Source of the DNA: Utricularia gibba
Taxonomy: Eukaryota > Plantae > Magnoliophyta
Length of the DNA stretch: 64,000 bases
Direction: 5' to 3'
NCBI GenBank assembly: GCA_002189035.1
Contig: NEEC01000009.1
Coordinates: forward strand, 1,860,001 to 1,924,000
Shown here: one piece after another, positions 24,501-40,784 of the stretch
How the letters are laid out: each line of letters opens with the position of its first letter
Numbering within the stretch: the stretch's first letter is position 1
Notes under the pieces: generated by a model
Told to the model about the DNA's origin: nothing
Database searches by the model: none
What the model saw: the letters and a program-made list of their open reading frames with translations, nothing else
Made by a program: the position numbers and the translations under genes

Positions 24501-27500
24501 ATGTTGAAGAGGGTTGTAACTATGGATGTCGGAAGCGATGGCGTTGCTATTATCACCATATCGAATCCGCCCGTCAATGCGCTTCACCCACGAGTGAGAC
24601 TCACAGAATCTGTTTGTGTAATTGACAGTTTTTTTTTTCCATTTTGTATGGTTCTCACTCCCCCTGTTTTTCGGTGTAGTCTTTGATGGGTTGAAAGAGA
24701 AATTGGTGGAGGCTATGTGGAGGGATGATGTTATAGCTGTTGTTCTCACAGGTACTTGCGTCTGATCCTTTCATGGTTTTATGTTTTTAAATGTGTGATC
24801 ATGGGAACACGAAAAGGTGTTTCGGCAATGGTTATGGATTCAGTGATTATGCATAAAATATTGAAAATGCTTATATTTACCCCTGATCGTGATTATTTTG
24901 TTCTTTATGTTTGTTTACACCCCTTGAAGGCACTGATGGCCAGTTTTCTGCTGGCTTTGACATAAACGTTTTTGAGAAGGTACATAAAACTGGTATATCT
25001 TCTTTCCTTCATCCTTTTTGCTCGTTTTTTTGTGTGATGCTTTTGATCATGAAATCTTTGTATATGCAGGGGATAGTTCCATTTTACCCAGTACTTCAAT
25101 TGAGCTCACCTGCATGATAGAAGGTAGAAAACTAGCAGGACATTTTTGAACACTTTGATTTTTATGCCATACAGTCCAAATAGTCAAACTGTATCTCTTG
25201 GAATGGAATATTTTTATCAGATGCAAAGAAGCCTTTTGTTGCTGCAATTGAGGTCTTGCGCTAGGAGGTGGCCTAGAAGTGGCCATGGTGTGTTCTTCTT
25301 ATGCACTTCAAAACTCATGTCATTATTAGGGATCTTACTAGCTTTAGACTTTGACTCGTTTCTTAACAAATCCGCAGATGTGCCATGCACGCATTGTTAC
25401 CCATAGTGCACAACTTGGTCTTCCAGAACTCACACTTGGTGTTTTTCCTGGTTCTGGAGGTACACGAAGTTTTAATCTTCTGTTTTTATATGGATTGAAT
25501 TGTGATTGGGTTAATTGCTGATACTCTTTCATAGGCACACAGCGTTTACCAAGACTCATAGGTTTGCAAAAAGCTGTGAATGCTATGATGGTAGGTTTTT
25601 GTCATTGTAAACCTTAGCTGAAGACAATTTATTTTGTTGAAAAATTTGCAGCTTTGTGGTGTCAGCTTTGCGTGTTTCCATCAGCCTATTCTAATAAACA
25701 GTTTGAGGTTTATGTGGCTGATACAAATAATCATTTTGTCATCCTTTAAACCTTTTTAAACATGACTGTGGAGCACATAGTCTTCATGTGTATTCACTAA
25801 TGACGGGTTCTCTTATTTAAATAGTCCCCTTTTTCACATTAGCTCATTTCCTGTGATCATTGCTTGCCATATTGACGATAATTTGTGGTAAAAAGCAATT
25901 CATCTCATGTTGTTTTACAATTTTTCTTGTAGTCATCTAAATCATTTGCATCAGAAGAAGGAATGAAACTTGGCCTTGTGGATGCCATTGTTCCTTCAGT
26001 TGACTTGTTGAAAGTATCACGACAATGGGCATTGGATATAGCAGGAAGCAGGAAACCTTGGATTCGTTCTCTTCACAAGATAGACAAACTGGGCTCCCTG
26101 TCTGAAATGCATGAAATAATTCAAAAATCCAGACAACAAGCAAAGCAAACTTTTAAAAATATGCCTCATTACCAAGCATGCCTTGACGTGATTGAAGAGG
26201 GACTACTTCATGGTGGATATCATGGAATTTTGAAGGTGATTTTCTTAAAATCACAACTTTCTTATTGCTGGATATATATAATGGTGGATATTGCAAAAAT
26301 ACATGGAATGGGAACTTTTTTTCAATTTTTTTCTGCCCTTTGAAATCAAGTTGCTTTGCTACTCTACATCCTACTAACTGACTTGTTCTATAGGAGTCAA
26401 AGGTTTTTAAAGAACTGGTCTTGTCAGACACATCAAGAGGTCTAGTTCATGCTTTCTTTGCACGAAGAACTACATCAAAGGTGCAAATTATGATTACCAT
26501 AATGGTCTTGTCCTCTAACTGTCTGCATCTTGGCTGCACATCATTAGAAAATTCTATAGAATTTCCTGCTAGTTTTTTTTTTCCATAAAAAGCATGGAAA
26601 GCTAAGCAAGTTATACCCGCATTCCTTATCTTGCGTACTTTTATCAAGTGTCAGAAATCCTATGATGTAGGTACCTAATATTTCTGACATCGGACTCAAA
26701 CCAAGGCGAGTGGGGAAAGTTGCTGTTATTGGTGGGGGTTAATGGGTTCTGGAATAGCTACAGCACTAATTGTGAATGGCGTCTATGTTATTCTCAAGGA
26801 AATAAATCCTGACTATCTGAAGAGAGGGATAGATGCTGTTGAAGGTTGGTTCACTTTTAGTCAACACCCATCTCTCTAATAACTAGCATCATGAGGTTCT
26901 TAAAGACTTACAACGCTAGTTCGCTTCATTTATGGCAGCAAATATCAAGAGTTTGGTGTCAAGAAAAAGCTTGAGCCCAGAAAAAGCAAGGGAAGCCCTT
27001 CTCATGCTTAAGGGCGCTTTAGACTACTCTGGATTCAAGGACGTCGATATGGTAATTGAGGTATGATCACAAGGTGGATCATTTCTGTTTTACTGAATGA
27101 GTGCGGTGTCTACGATCCAAAGCGATCAGGATTCCTCCATATCTAATTGAATTTTTAACATAGTTTTTGGACGTAACCGATACATTTCATATATGCTAAA
27201 TGCCTGTGTGAGGAATGACCAAGTCAGAGTCAGATTTCTCTGTATGGTATGGCTTAAGTATATTATTGTTACATCCTTTTGTAGGCTGTCATTGAAAATA
27301 TTCCTCTGAAGCAGCGCATATTTTCCGAGCTTGAGAAGGTCTGCCCGCCTCACTGTATTTTAGCTTCAAATACATCTACTATTGATCTCAATATAATTGG
27401 AGAGAAGACCACATCTCCTGATCGAATTGTGGGTGCACATTTTTTCAGGTAGAGCATACTTTTAAGCTCTTTTAAGGACACAAACCGGAAATGCAAAAAA

Positions 27501-28943
27501 ACAGGCGCTTTTTGTTTAGTCTATTTGCTATTGATGGGTCTCTTTTGCAGTCCGGCCCACCTCATGCCTCTCTTAGAAATTGTGAGGACAAAGAGAACTT
27601 CTCCTCAAGTAGTCCTTGATCTAATGACCGTTGGGAAGCTTATAAAGAAAGTTCCTGTTGTAGTTGGAAACTGTGCTGGTTTCGCAGTCAATAGAGCATT
27701 CTTCCCATACTCTCAAAGTGCACATCTTTTGGTTAACTTGGGTGTAGATGTATTCAGAATCGATCGGGTTATCAGTGACTTTGGTCTTCCCATGGGTCCA
27801 TTTCAGTAACTTTCTCTTCTTCGACTTATGTTTACTCTTCAAGTACCTATGTTTTTTTCATTGAATGATTTCGAATTTCAACTTGTGCAGGCTCCAGGAC
27901 CTTGCTGGATATGAAGTAGATATTGCTGTTAGAAAAGTGTTTTCGTCTGCTTTTCGTGGTCGAACCTTTGAATCACCTCTAGTGGATCTTCTCGTCAAGA
28001 ATGGGAGAAATGGTGACGCAATTTTTATAAGATTTATTCTAACACGATGTTTCATCTTCATGAGTTTGAGCTTGTTCTTTGGTAGAGTTCTAAAAAGTTC
28101 AGTTGAATCCTGTGATGCATGGATAGTGAAAAAATAAGTTGGCAATCGACAAGGTATTTATTGATGAGGATGTCTGATGCAGGTAAAAAGAATGGAAAGG
28201 GTTATTATATCTACCAAAAGGGAGTGAAGCCAAAGCCTGATCTTTCCATACTTCCAATAGTAGAGGAAGCTAGGAGGCGCACAAACATCATGCCCAATGG
28301 AAAGGTATGTAGCTTGCAGATTCCGTCTTCTAACAGCAGAGTAAGGTTGGCTTGTTTTTCTCCACCTTAGATACACACCACTGCTTTCAATATTGTAAAA
28401 GTAGACATGTTTGTTCATATGCTGCTGTGTTATTAACTGATGCAGCCCATTTCCATTACCGATGAGGAGATTATCGAAATGATACTCTTTCCAGTGGTAA
28501 ACGAGGCATGCCGTGTTCTAGAAGAAGATGTAGTCATCCGTGCATCCGATCTCGACATCGCATCAATTCTTGGGATGAGCTTCCCTTCATATCGGTAAGT
28601 AATCCTTACTCACAAACTTAGACCGTGTATTAGTATTAGTAGCGACTGATGCAGCGTTTTGGACAGTGGTGGGATAGTTTTCTGGGCAGACAGCGTTGGT
28701 GCAGATCGTGTGTACAGAAGCCTAGAGAAATGGTGTGAATTATATGGGACAGGCTTCTTCAAACCTTCAAACTTTTTAAAAGAAAGAGCAGCTACAGGCT
28801 TACCACTGGTATGCCTAGTCGCATTGATAACAGCCACTGGTGTTCACAATTCAGATAAGTATGCTGATTATGATCGGCTGCTGCTCTTTTTGCAGAGTGC
28901 TCCATCGTCATCGTCCTCATCTCGGGCTAAGCCCCGCCTGTAG
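24501..28943 (+). CDS. AIM1: Peroxisomal fatty-acid beta-oxidation multifunctional protein, AIM1 type (enoyl-CoA hydratase + 3-hydroxyacyl-CoA dehydrogenase); two apparent 1-nt deletions
   Basis: VTMDVGSDGVAIITISNPPVNAL, QFSAGFDINVF, ALGGGLEVAM, QLGLPELTLG...GGTQRLPRLIG, Rossmann KVAVIGGG(L)MGSGIATAL, HFFSPAHLMPLLE, VVGNCAGFAVNR, and C-terminal PTS1-like tripeptide PRL*. Frame breaks at 25252-25253 and 26734-26738. Confidence 0.93.
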
Positions 28944-29420
28944 CCTCAAGCAACTCAAAGATGCCGTACACAATAAATGCCAAAATCTCTCTCGGACCAA
29001 GGCCATCTTCCGGAGTAACATGAAAGTCAATGCCATGACAGCAACACTTGTTGTTACACAGTACAGGAGTTGGATTCGAAATGAAGATCGATACGCGTTT
29101 ACTTTACATTGATGGTATCTGTATGTACTAATAGTGTGTGTGTGTGTTTAAATTATTGAGCCATCTCCTCAAAATTACCTTATACCAATAAAGTTATGCG
29201 ACTACATGATTCATTCATCAATGTGATCTCAAGAAGATATTGCTTGTCCCATGTGGCAGGTGAAACGAAAATGTTAGATATTCTGGACATGACAGATGAA
29301 ATGGTAGCAAGCAACAGCAGCAAACAAGCACAATAATCTATCAGGGCTACAGAGAAACTCAAAAAACAATATTCTCTCTAACAGAACTGCAACCAGGAAC
29401 ACACACTGGCACTAGAAGGC

Positions 29421-32400
29421 TCATTGATCGTCATCCATCCCTGCAGGAGGGTCTCTCTTTGGACCACCGGCTGGTTTAGCCATTATGATCTGCAGTAAGT
29501 ACTTTAGTTATTGTGGAGTATCTTTTGCACGGTGACAGATAAAATCATGCTTTCAAGATATCTGATAGTGATTTCCTTTGGCAGACATTTTGATAAGCAT
29601 AATCTCATTTCGTAGCCTCACAACATCCAAGGTCAAAATGAACAAATGCATTGATGCTCTACTGTGAACGTAAAAGACATGGCGTGTATGGTCAAGGTAA
29701 TGATCAATCACCTGATCTACCCGAAGGACAGTACAGGCAGCATCTGCAGCGAACTTCAAGGCAAAGAATCTGAAGAAATAGAAGAGATGCAGTTCCATTA
29801 TGAGAATTCTAAGGAAACAAAAACAGCCATCCTAGATGTGCAATGCATTTTAGGAAGCAAGGGGTTGAATTTTAATGGGCATGGATATTTGAATTCCAAG
29901 CAACAATAAATTAGTCGTCTGATTTGGATCTTAGGCAATTCTCCCTTAAAAAAAAGGTGGACATTTCATGTTTGAAAAGGCATCAAAGTCTACTTACTTC
30001 GTGACATAAAGATCCCATATATTCAAAGCAGATACATCCTTGCAAACACCTTCTTCCAAATCAATGCCCACGGTAGTGTTACCAGATGCATGTTCAGCAT
30101 ACAAAGATGCAATAACTTCAATTGCATTAAGCCCGGCATTTTCCGCCAATGTCTTGGGAACCATTTCAAAACTCTCAGCAAATTTTGCAATGGCATATTG
30201 ATCGAGTCTGGAAGATGAAAATTTAGAGTAATCCATCAGAGTTTATCAAAGCGAGGGAACCATTATTCAGTAAATAAAAACACATGCTAGAGACAAGTTT
30301 AGGGCCTAGTTTTCTTTTCTTGAGATTGTATATATACTCATTAATGCCTACGAGCAAGATCCCAGTTATACATCAGCTCGCTAAGGGCATTGATTGGCAT
30401 CATGGAAATGCCATTGGAAATTAATTTGAGAATATGAGAACTAAACAGAGGTCTGCACAATTAGAATGTAGGAAAATGCAAGAAATGGATACCCAGTTTC
30501 TTTGAAAGAGAATTCCTTCAGTCTCTTAGCTATTTCAATTTCAGTGGCTGCAGCCCCAGCCACTGTGCGACTATCTCTACACATTGCCTGATGGATAACA
30601 TAGGCAATTTCGTATGACCATGAATTGAGAGGGAACTGAAAAACTTCATCATAATAATAGTAATATCGAAATAATGTACCTTGTAAGTATTCACACCATC
30701 ATCAACCGCTCTTTCAAGATCATCTAAAATGCTATCAGTGCTAGCTCGCAGGACAATAGTTGACATGGAATTTCCACCTTGTTCATTCTTTACAACAGTA
30801 ACCTAATGGACATTATGAAAAACCAAGCCATTGATGATAGCAGAAAATTATTTCATACTGGCTAGGCAATGCATGAAAGACATTTTGATGACCATACCCT
30901 GGAACCCCCTATTTCTTCAACTGAAACAGAATCAACATACCCAAGATCACCAGCATCTGGCTGACCGAGCTTTAACTGTTTGCACACAGAAACTGAATTA
31001 AAAAAAAAAGGAGATAATAACATGATAAACAAAGCTTTTTCATAAAGTAATTCTTACCATAGCAACAGCACCAGTTGCGCGACAAATTCTCCGAAGTTCA
31101 AATTTTGAGCTAACCTTTAAAACCATGAGCCTGAAAAACCATCGTCAAAATATTAATTTGGGAAACCCATAGTGGGGGTGCAACAAAAGAGAACCAGTTT
31201 TGATGGGCCTGAATAACATTCCTCTCAGACACAAGTCATTTCAATCACAGGAAAGGGTAGCAGACATACTTGTAACGCTCACAAAAATGAAGCGCCATTT
31301 CTCCAACAGCTGCTCCACTTACAATAACTTTTGCACCTGAGTCTGCAACTGCCTTTATGAGCTCTTCAACCTTGGATTCTTCAGTCTTTGCATAGTTCTC
31401 AAGCTTTTGGGAATTGCATTAGGATAAATGTAAATTGGACGTTTTCAAAAAATTCAAAAATCATTGAATGCATTTCAACCTATTACAAGCATTTTTCCAT
31501 CACTCAGTTAATTCTCATGTTCGTGAAAATTCTGAGACAAACAAAGGTTAATCCTACTCCTTCAATATAAATATGCAGTGTCATCAAAAGCCGTGCATAA
31601 AACTATACTGTATTTGAATAAGCTGACAGCTCCTGTACTTTTTCTAAAGGGGAAAGATTCACAGGACAGTTTTCATGACAAGATAAAAGCACAACATACA
31701 ACAAAAAAATCATGCAAACAATAATATATAACAGTGGAACTTAGTGTTCAAGCCTTGCGTATACCTGCTCTGCATTGTGAATAAGAACTGTTCCTTTAGT
31801 TTCTGTGGCTGTTGTATCAATGCCCGCTGAAAAAACAGCAACCTAAACATAATAGCAGCAGACTAAATACTATTAGGTTTTATAAGTAAAAATGCCCAGC
31901 ACAATCATCACTATACAATAGGTAAGACAATGTTCCAGATGTTAAACAAGAAGGTAACTAGGATGTTTCTCATGTTTCTTTAGATACTTTCTCATAATTC
32001 ATTTCGACAGATGAGCTCAAGCTATACAGAAGGACAATTGGGTTGCACTTTGAATATAATACAGTGCCAATAGCTTATGATGATGTGATGAAGTGGGAGG
32101 CATTGCTGCAGCTACAGAATTAATAAATTACCTTCGCCTTTTCGACCCTCTTTATGGTACCAAGGGCATCCATCTTCAGTACCATACCTCTGATTACTTT
32201 TGAATCATGTAAGCCTCCGCCCAACAATTTTGAAACTCGCACATTATCAACATTGAAGTTTGCAGGGTTTTTTGGGCACACTTGTATGCAAGCCTTCCAA
32301 GATATTCATATGAAGTTTAGAACACTGGGGAAAGCGTTCGACGTAAAACAAGGAGGAATTTACCTCAGTAATCAAGGGACACAGCACATCCTCCTGACCA

Positions 32401-33350
32401 AATTGTTTGCTTGCAAGTGCAGATCTCATTCTTGACATCACCTCATTCTTGTCTCTAACATCCATACTTTCAGAACCCTTTTGTACCAGTCCCTCCAATA
32501 TCTCAATCGTCTGTTAGGCTATAAGAATAAGATTGGCGAACACACAACCATGATTTTCCACCACAAATGATTTTAGAATATCTAACCTTATTGATTGCTT
32601 TAGTATATCCAGTGATGATCTCACTAGGGTGCAAACCCATCCTGATGAGTTCCTCAGCATTATGAAGAAGCTCCCCAGCAAATGAAACAGTTAAGTTGGC
32701 TCCATCCCCAACCTCTTCCTGTTGCGCTTTTGCAGCGAGAACCAAAATTTTAGCCGCAGGGTGTTGCACCTCCAGCTCATTCATAATTGTTGCCGCATCA
32801 TTTGTGACGAAAAGCTTATCCAAATGATTAATCACCATCTTATTCATGCCTGAAAAAGAAAAACACAAAATCATGAGCGAAAACGGATCCAAAATTAAAT
32901 CATAGAATAAGAATCATAAGCGTACGAGTTTACATTAAGTGAAGTATATATGAAATGGATGAAAACGGCGCGAAATTTTCTGTGTTAACTAGGGTGAAAT
33001 CAACTACAACCTACTGGCTTTTCAACTGACCCATAGTGAAAATGCGCACTTAACACAGCAACGGAGAATCAAAGCTTAATCAACAAAGACATCAAACAAG
33101 AGGAAAATCAACTTATCAAAAAATTTGAACAACCAAGAAACAAAAAATGAAACATGACGCCGTAAATTCAAAAAAAAAAAAAAAGAAAGAGGGAGAAACC
33201 ATTGGGTCCAAGAGAAGTCCGCGTAATGGTAGAGAGCTGCTTGCAAGCATCAATATTTTTCAGCACCGCCTCGTCGAGGCCAGACAAATGCCTGTGCCCC
33301 TCTTTCAGCATCGACTGTATACCGTAGGGTTGCATCGAGAAACCCACCAT
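29421..33350 (-). CDS. CCT8: T-complex protein 1 subunit theta (chaperonin CCT8), multi-exon
   Basis: [51 protein letters not shown]|[21 protein letters not shown]...[79 protein letters not shown]|[22 protein letters not shown]. Confidence 0.96.
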
Positions 33351-33953
33351 TTTCGCTCGACGGCGTAAGAGTTGCAACACGAAATGAGAAGAAAGGAATG
33401 AAAGGAAGCACCACGTTCAAGGTTTTGAAACCTGAGAGCTCCGCCGTGGTGACGGAACATTAGGCCTCAAAGCACAGATGATGTGAGCCCACTAAAGAAG
33501 GCCGGGCCCATCTAAGCCCACACTGTTTTGATGATGATTTATTTTATAAGACACATTTCACGATATAAATAAATCAATTATATTCTGATCATTTGTTGAT
33601 ATAAATAAGAAAAATATCAAATGATAAGTAAAGTATGTAAATCCCACTGATACTTGATAGTCGGACCCTAAATTTGTTGTACATTATTTGTGAATTATCT
33701 TTATCTATATTTAATTATACCATATTATATAACAAAATCTTGGAGATTTTTCAATGACATTCTAAATCTCACGTAAATGCTTCAGCCTGGCTAAGCAAGA
33801 TAAACAAGTGCACCATGCAACAGTATTACGAAAACCATTCAACACTCCACAGTCTCCATGAATTTTGATCCAGAAAATGGAAAAAGAAGACAGCACGAGA
33901 CAAAACGCAGACTATTCCTGGAACACATGCACCAGAACGAGTTTATCCGAGAC

Positions 33954-35195
33954 CTAACGGTTGGCTTTGGCCACTCTCTCGATCTCATCTTTCTTCTTGA
34001 TAGCATAGCTTCATAACAAGGAATGTAAAAGGTCAGGTTTCAGTCGAGGGAAAGCTTAAATAACTGAATGGAGGAGCAGTGCAATGCTTTTCTTACCTGT
34101 TGGATGATCCCTTGGCGGCATTGATAAGCTCGTCGGCAAGGCACTCAGCAATCGTCTTGATGTTTCTGAATGCACTTTCACGGGCACCGGTGGTCAGTAG
34201 ATAGATAGCCTGGTTCACACGGCGCAGTGGTGAGATATCAACTGCCTGTCTCCTTACAACACCAGCTGACCCAATACGAGTGGCATCCTCCCTTGGACCA
34301 CTGAAGTGAAGAGGGATAAGGTCAGATAAAAATAAAAAACAAGAGCAAGATATACTGCAGACCAAGCAATGACAGTGCCCGAGGACATTGTCATGAATAA
34401 TCCAAGTGCAAAAACATCCAGGAGTCGCTAACCTGTTAATGACAGCATCGACAATTACTTGGATGGGGTTGAGATCAGTTAGCAAATGAATGATCTCCAT
34501 CGCATGTTTGACAATTCTAACAGCCATCAGCTTCTTCCCATTGTTTCGACCATGCATCATGAGGGAGTTGGTCAACCTTTCAACAATTGGGCACTGAGCC
34601 TTCCTGAAACGCTTAGCTTGATATCTACCAGCAGTATGGGGCATATACGTTGGGTGCTTAGCTGCGGTTGCAGTGATGTAATCTTCTACTGATATGTCAC
34701 TGATCTACAAAAATTAAACCATACAGATTAGAACACCATACACTTCGAAACATGACAACACAATTTGCACCACACATACCGTATACTACATTAGCACATA
34801 GGCAGAAAACCTAGGCTTTTTGATTTGAATATTCACCAGTTTTGGACAGAGCAAGTGTATAAATACAATTCAAAGTATTCATTGCGTGGGGTTGGGCATA
34901 AAGCTGAATTTTTTATGGGTTGAGCATAAATCCGAAACAGATCTTACAGAAGAACGATAGCAGTTATACTATCTAAATCAAAACACGAAAGAGCCGCTTA
35001 TCCTTTCGGCAAAAACAGAAGCCTAGTGAGGATAAACCAGACAAGCCTGATGATCAGGATCTAGCGCGTATACAGAACAGAAAAACATATGTAAAATACC
35101 TGAACTTCGTCATAGGACCAGCGGTTGAACAGCATAACACCGGTGTGCACCTTCTCAGCGTCATTTACAGCATCCACCACCGCTCCCGTTGCCAT
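33954..35195 (-). CDS. RPS5: 40S ribosomal protein S5 (uS7)
   Basis: [32 protein letters not shown]|...[37 protein letters not shown]...|[32 protein letters not shown]...NAAKGSSN|[18 protein letters not shown]. Confidence 0.98.
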
Positions 35196-35299
35196 GGTGT
35201 AGAGTCGAGCTGGGCAGCAGAGAATGAAGATGCCCCAAAGGAACGGATTAGCTACGACGGCGACGGAGAAAAAGAATACGAACAAGTATTTATAGTGAG

Positions 35300-35760
35300 G
35301 GTTTCTGGCAGCCCTAGCGGGCTTGGCCCAATTTTGCAGGTTGCCTTTTTTTCTTTTTTTTTATTTCATATATAATACACATATAATAAAAATATACCAT
35401 ATTTGTGTTTAAAAAAATCAGATATATATTCATGAAAATTAGAAGAATTATTTTTAAATATATTTTTTATGAGCTTAATACTCAGAGTAAACCTGAAAGG
35501 AAACCCTCCATAAATCACAGGGAAAATTGAGTTCGGTGACTGAAGTGTTGAGGACTCGAGAGGGTGAAAGGAAGCGGCGAGGTTTGACCAGGAAGAGAGC
35601 GCCCCGGAAAGCATTTACTTTCACAGACGGTAAAAGAAGGAGAAAGAGGCGCGTGGACATAAGAAATCCAACCAAACTAGGGATCCTGTCTTTTAGCTAT
35701 CTTGTCCGACTTTTCATTTCGGCAACTACGCTACTGTGATTCTCCGATTAGGGTTTGCGA
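35300..35760. promoter_or_regulatory. Compact divergent promoter shared by RPS5 (-) and the DEAD-box helicase (+), with site II and telo-box
   Basis: gggcttggccca at about 35320-35330 and ttagggttt at 35748-35756; the genes are head-to-head. Confidence 0.6.
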
Positions 35761-36318
35761 GATACCACCTTCTTTCACCGGAAAAAAAGCGCAAAACTTG
35801 AAGCTACCCACGATCTGTATCTGTTTTCGTCTTAGGTGTGGTTTTTGATCTCTGAGCTGGGGTGCAAGTTAATGATTTTCTTTTTGTTTCGTCGCATTGC
35901 ACTCTGGAAATTAAGTTCTCTAGCTCTAGTGTTTCGGGGAAATAGGCTTGTGTGATTTTGAATACGGGAATTAAGGGATTGGAGAAACTTTTGTTCTCTT
36001 CTGTCTTTTCTTATTTTTCCAATCGCTCAAATTCGAAACTTTTTAAGGGTGTTGGAATCTTTGCTCCCCAAGATGGCGTATATTTGCCTCCTATTCGCTA
36101 TTTATGTTTCTTGCTTATAAAAATTCATGTTTACTAGGTGATGAACTGGTGAATGGGTCGCTTTCCGGGTGAGTGGGGATGAGTCGTTATGCTGTCTAAT
36201 CTTTAAGATCTAATTTGCGTTCTATTTGCTCCTATCAATTCTTGAAGCTCTTTGTACACTTTCTCTATGCATTACAGGCCATTTTTTAATTAGAATATCT
36301 AGAGTGTAGCTTCGGAAA

Positions 36319-38971
<2,653 letters not shown>

Positions 38972-39347
38972 TGAAGGGTTGGTATCATGAAAACATTCAT
39001 GTTTTTCATGCTTTTTTTGAGTTCAAGAGAGGTGACATGGCTGCAGACCTGACTTCTTAGTACAGCTTCAGCTTAACTAAGAGTCTTGATTTGATTTTGA
39101 TATGTTTTGCGATCCCCAGAGTGAAACCAAGTCCATTCTTGTGGGCGTGTGATGATGGATCACATGTTCAATTTGCATTTAGACCAAGATGGAAAAAACA
39201 ATTAACTGCGTGGGTGTGCTTCCAATGCAATGTATGCCTTTTCAAGTAGGTGATCAAACAATGGATTTTTCCCTTCAAAGACAACTTTGCTAATGCTAGG
39301 TGGTCATTGGAGTCAACAAGTTAACAAGATCTTTTCTTTCTTCTACT

Positions 39348-40784
39348 CTATTCATCTGATGCAGAATCATAAAATCCCTCTACTTCCTCTTCTTCTTCAT
39401 CTTCTTCTCCCGAACTGGTTCCGTTGTCACTAACTGGCATTTCCTCGAGTTTCTGAGGTAGCAGCAACTCGGCTGCCTTATCTCGGTAAATCAGTCCATT
39501 CCTCATGACCCACAGAAGTTTGCTTCTGTAACGAGCAATGGGATCAGGATTCAGCAGCTTCCCACGCTGGTAACACTCCCTCAGTGCAACAGTAGTCGTC
39601 TTACATTTCAAGGAAAGATAAAATATACCAGGGTATCTTGTAAATATCCGAGTGAACTTGTGAGGAAGATTCAGTTCCTCCCTCAAACTCCTCAAATAGT
39701 TCCTCTTGGTTTTCTTTTGAACTGTCAAATGCAGAAACTCGTGTAGAACCCCAACAACCCTTTTCTCCATTAGCTCACTGTTCGGATCGATTCCCGAGAA
39801 TCCTCGTATGGAGAAATGTAGGGAAGTTTATGAAAATCATCCATCCATGCTTTCACCTTCTTTTGAGCACCATAACCTCTGGGGAAACTCATTGGGAACT
39901 GTAAGGATGTTTTCCCCCTCTTGAAATCTCTGTAACCAGAAGAATTACTGCTGCCACAATCATCCATGTTGCCGTCGTTCATCTTCTGTAGCATGGAAAC
40001 CGAAAACTCTTGCGGTGAACGCAAAAGCTGCAAGCAGTTTGATCCTCCAGTTGTTCCTCTAACAACCCGAAAAAGGTCAGGGTACCTACTGATCAAACCA
40101 GTTGCATAATCATCAGGCAATCCAAAATCCCATTTTAAGTGATGGAATGATTGGAGAGGCAGCTGTGGCATGTAGAAACACACAGGGATTACCATACACA
40201 ATCAGAAAATCAGTGATTAAGGGACACCACATTCATTTTGAGGCAAATTGCAAAGGAATTGGTGAAAAGCTAGCATAGTCAAGAGAATATCTGAACAGCT
40301 TTACCATTTTATTAGTCGTCATCATCAAAACTCTGCAAAGTCGCTCCACAATTTGACTTTCACACTTCTTATACACCTCCGTCTCGAGCTCCTGCATCGT
40401 TTTTCCCAGCTGAGTCAGTCTGAAACACGCCAAAGACGCGTATTTTGGATGAGGGTACTCCTCGAACAGCGAGGGGTACCTCCGAATGAAACGAAGAGTC
40501 GGGATAGTGAGGCCCAAAAGCTTCTGGGAATCCATTAGCGATTTGGAGGTCAAAAAGGAAGACGGGCAGCGAACAATCGCATCCTTTATGAGCGAAACTG
40601 CTTTCACATCGGTCTGCACATCGATTATATGGTCGAGCGACCGATTCTTGACCCATTTCAGGCGAACTTTTGTTATCGCCCGGAAATGGAGAAGTTGACG
40701 ACTGCACAGCGGCGGCAACACTGCAGCCGCATTCCAGAACATCACCGCATCAACGCTGCCTACTCCGAGACCATGGAGGCGCAC
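39348..40784 (-). CDS. PORR-domain (plant organelle RNA recognition, WTF1/RPD1 family) protein; one intron and one apparent 1-nt deletion; start may be ATG at 40742
   Basis: VRLKWVKNRSLDHIID...LGLTIPTLRFIRRYPSLF, intron 40163-40304, LPLQSFHHLKWDFGLPDDY, FPRGYG, LPYISPYED, MEKRVVGVLHEFLHLTVQKK, FTRYPGIFYLSLK...TVALRE. One extra G at 39793-39795 restores SRGIDPNSELMEKR. Confidence 0.9.

Noticed and set aside
8271-28943. PEX12, ECR and AIM1 as a lipid/peroxisome gene cluster
   Set aside because: They are interspersed with unrelated genes, act in different compartments (ECR in the ER), and are housekeeping genes; proximity is expected by chance at this density.
30375-30415. ATGATG...CTGA C/D-box-like pair in a CCT8 intron
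   Set aside because: The span is only about 35 nt, the C box is imperfect, and there is no terminal stem or recognisable rRNA guide.
30480-30492. CCT8 intron donor GTATCCATT (minus strand), close to the U12 consensus
   Set aside because: Mismatch at +7 and no TCCTTAAC-type branch point near the acceptor; treated as a U2 intron.
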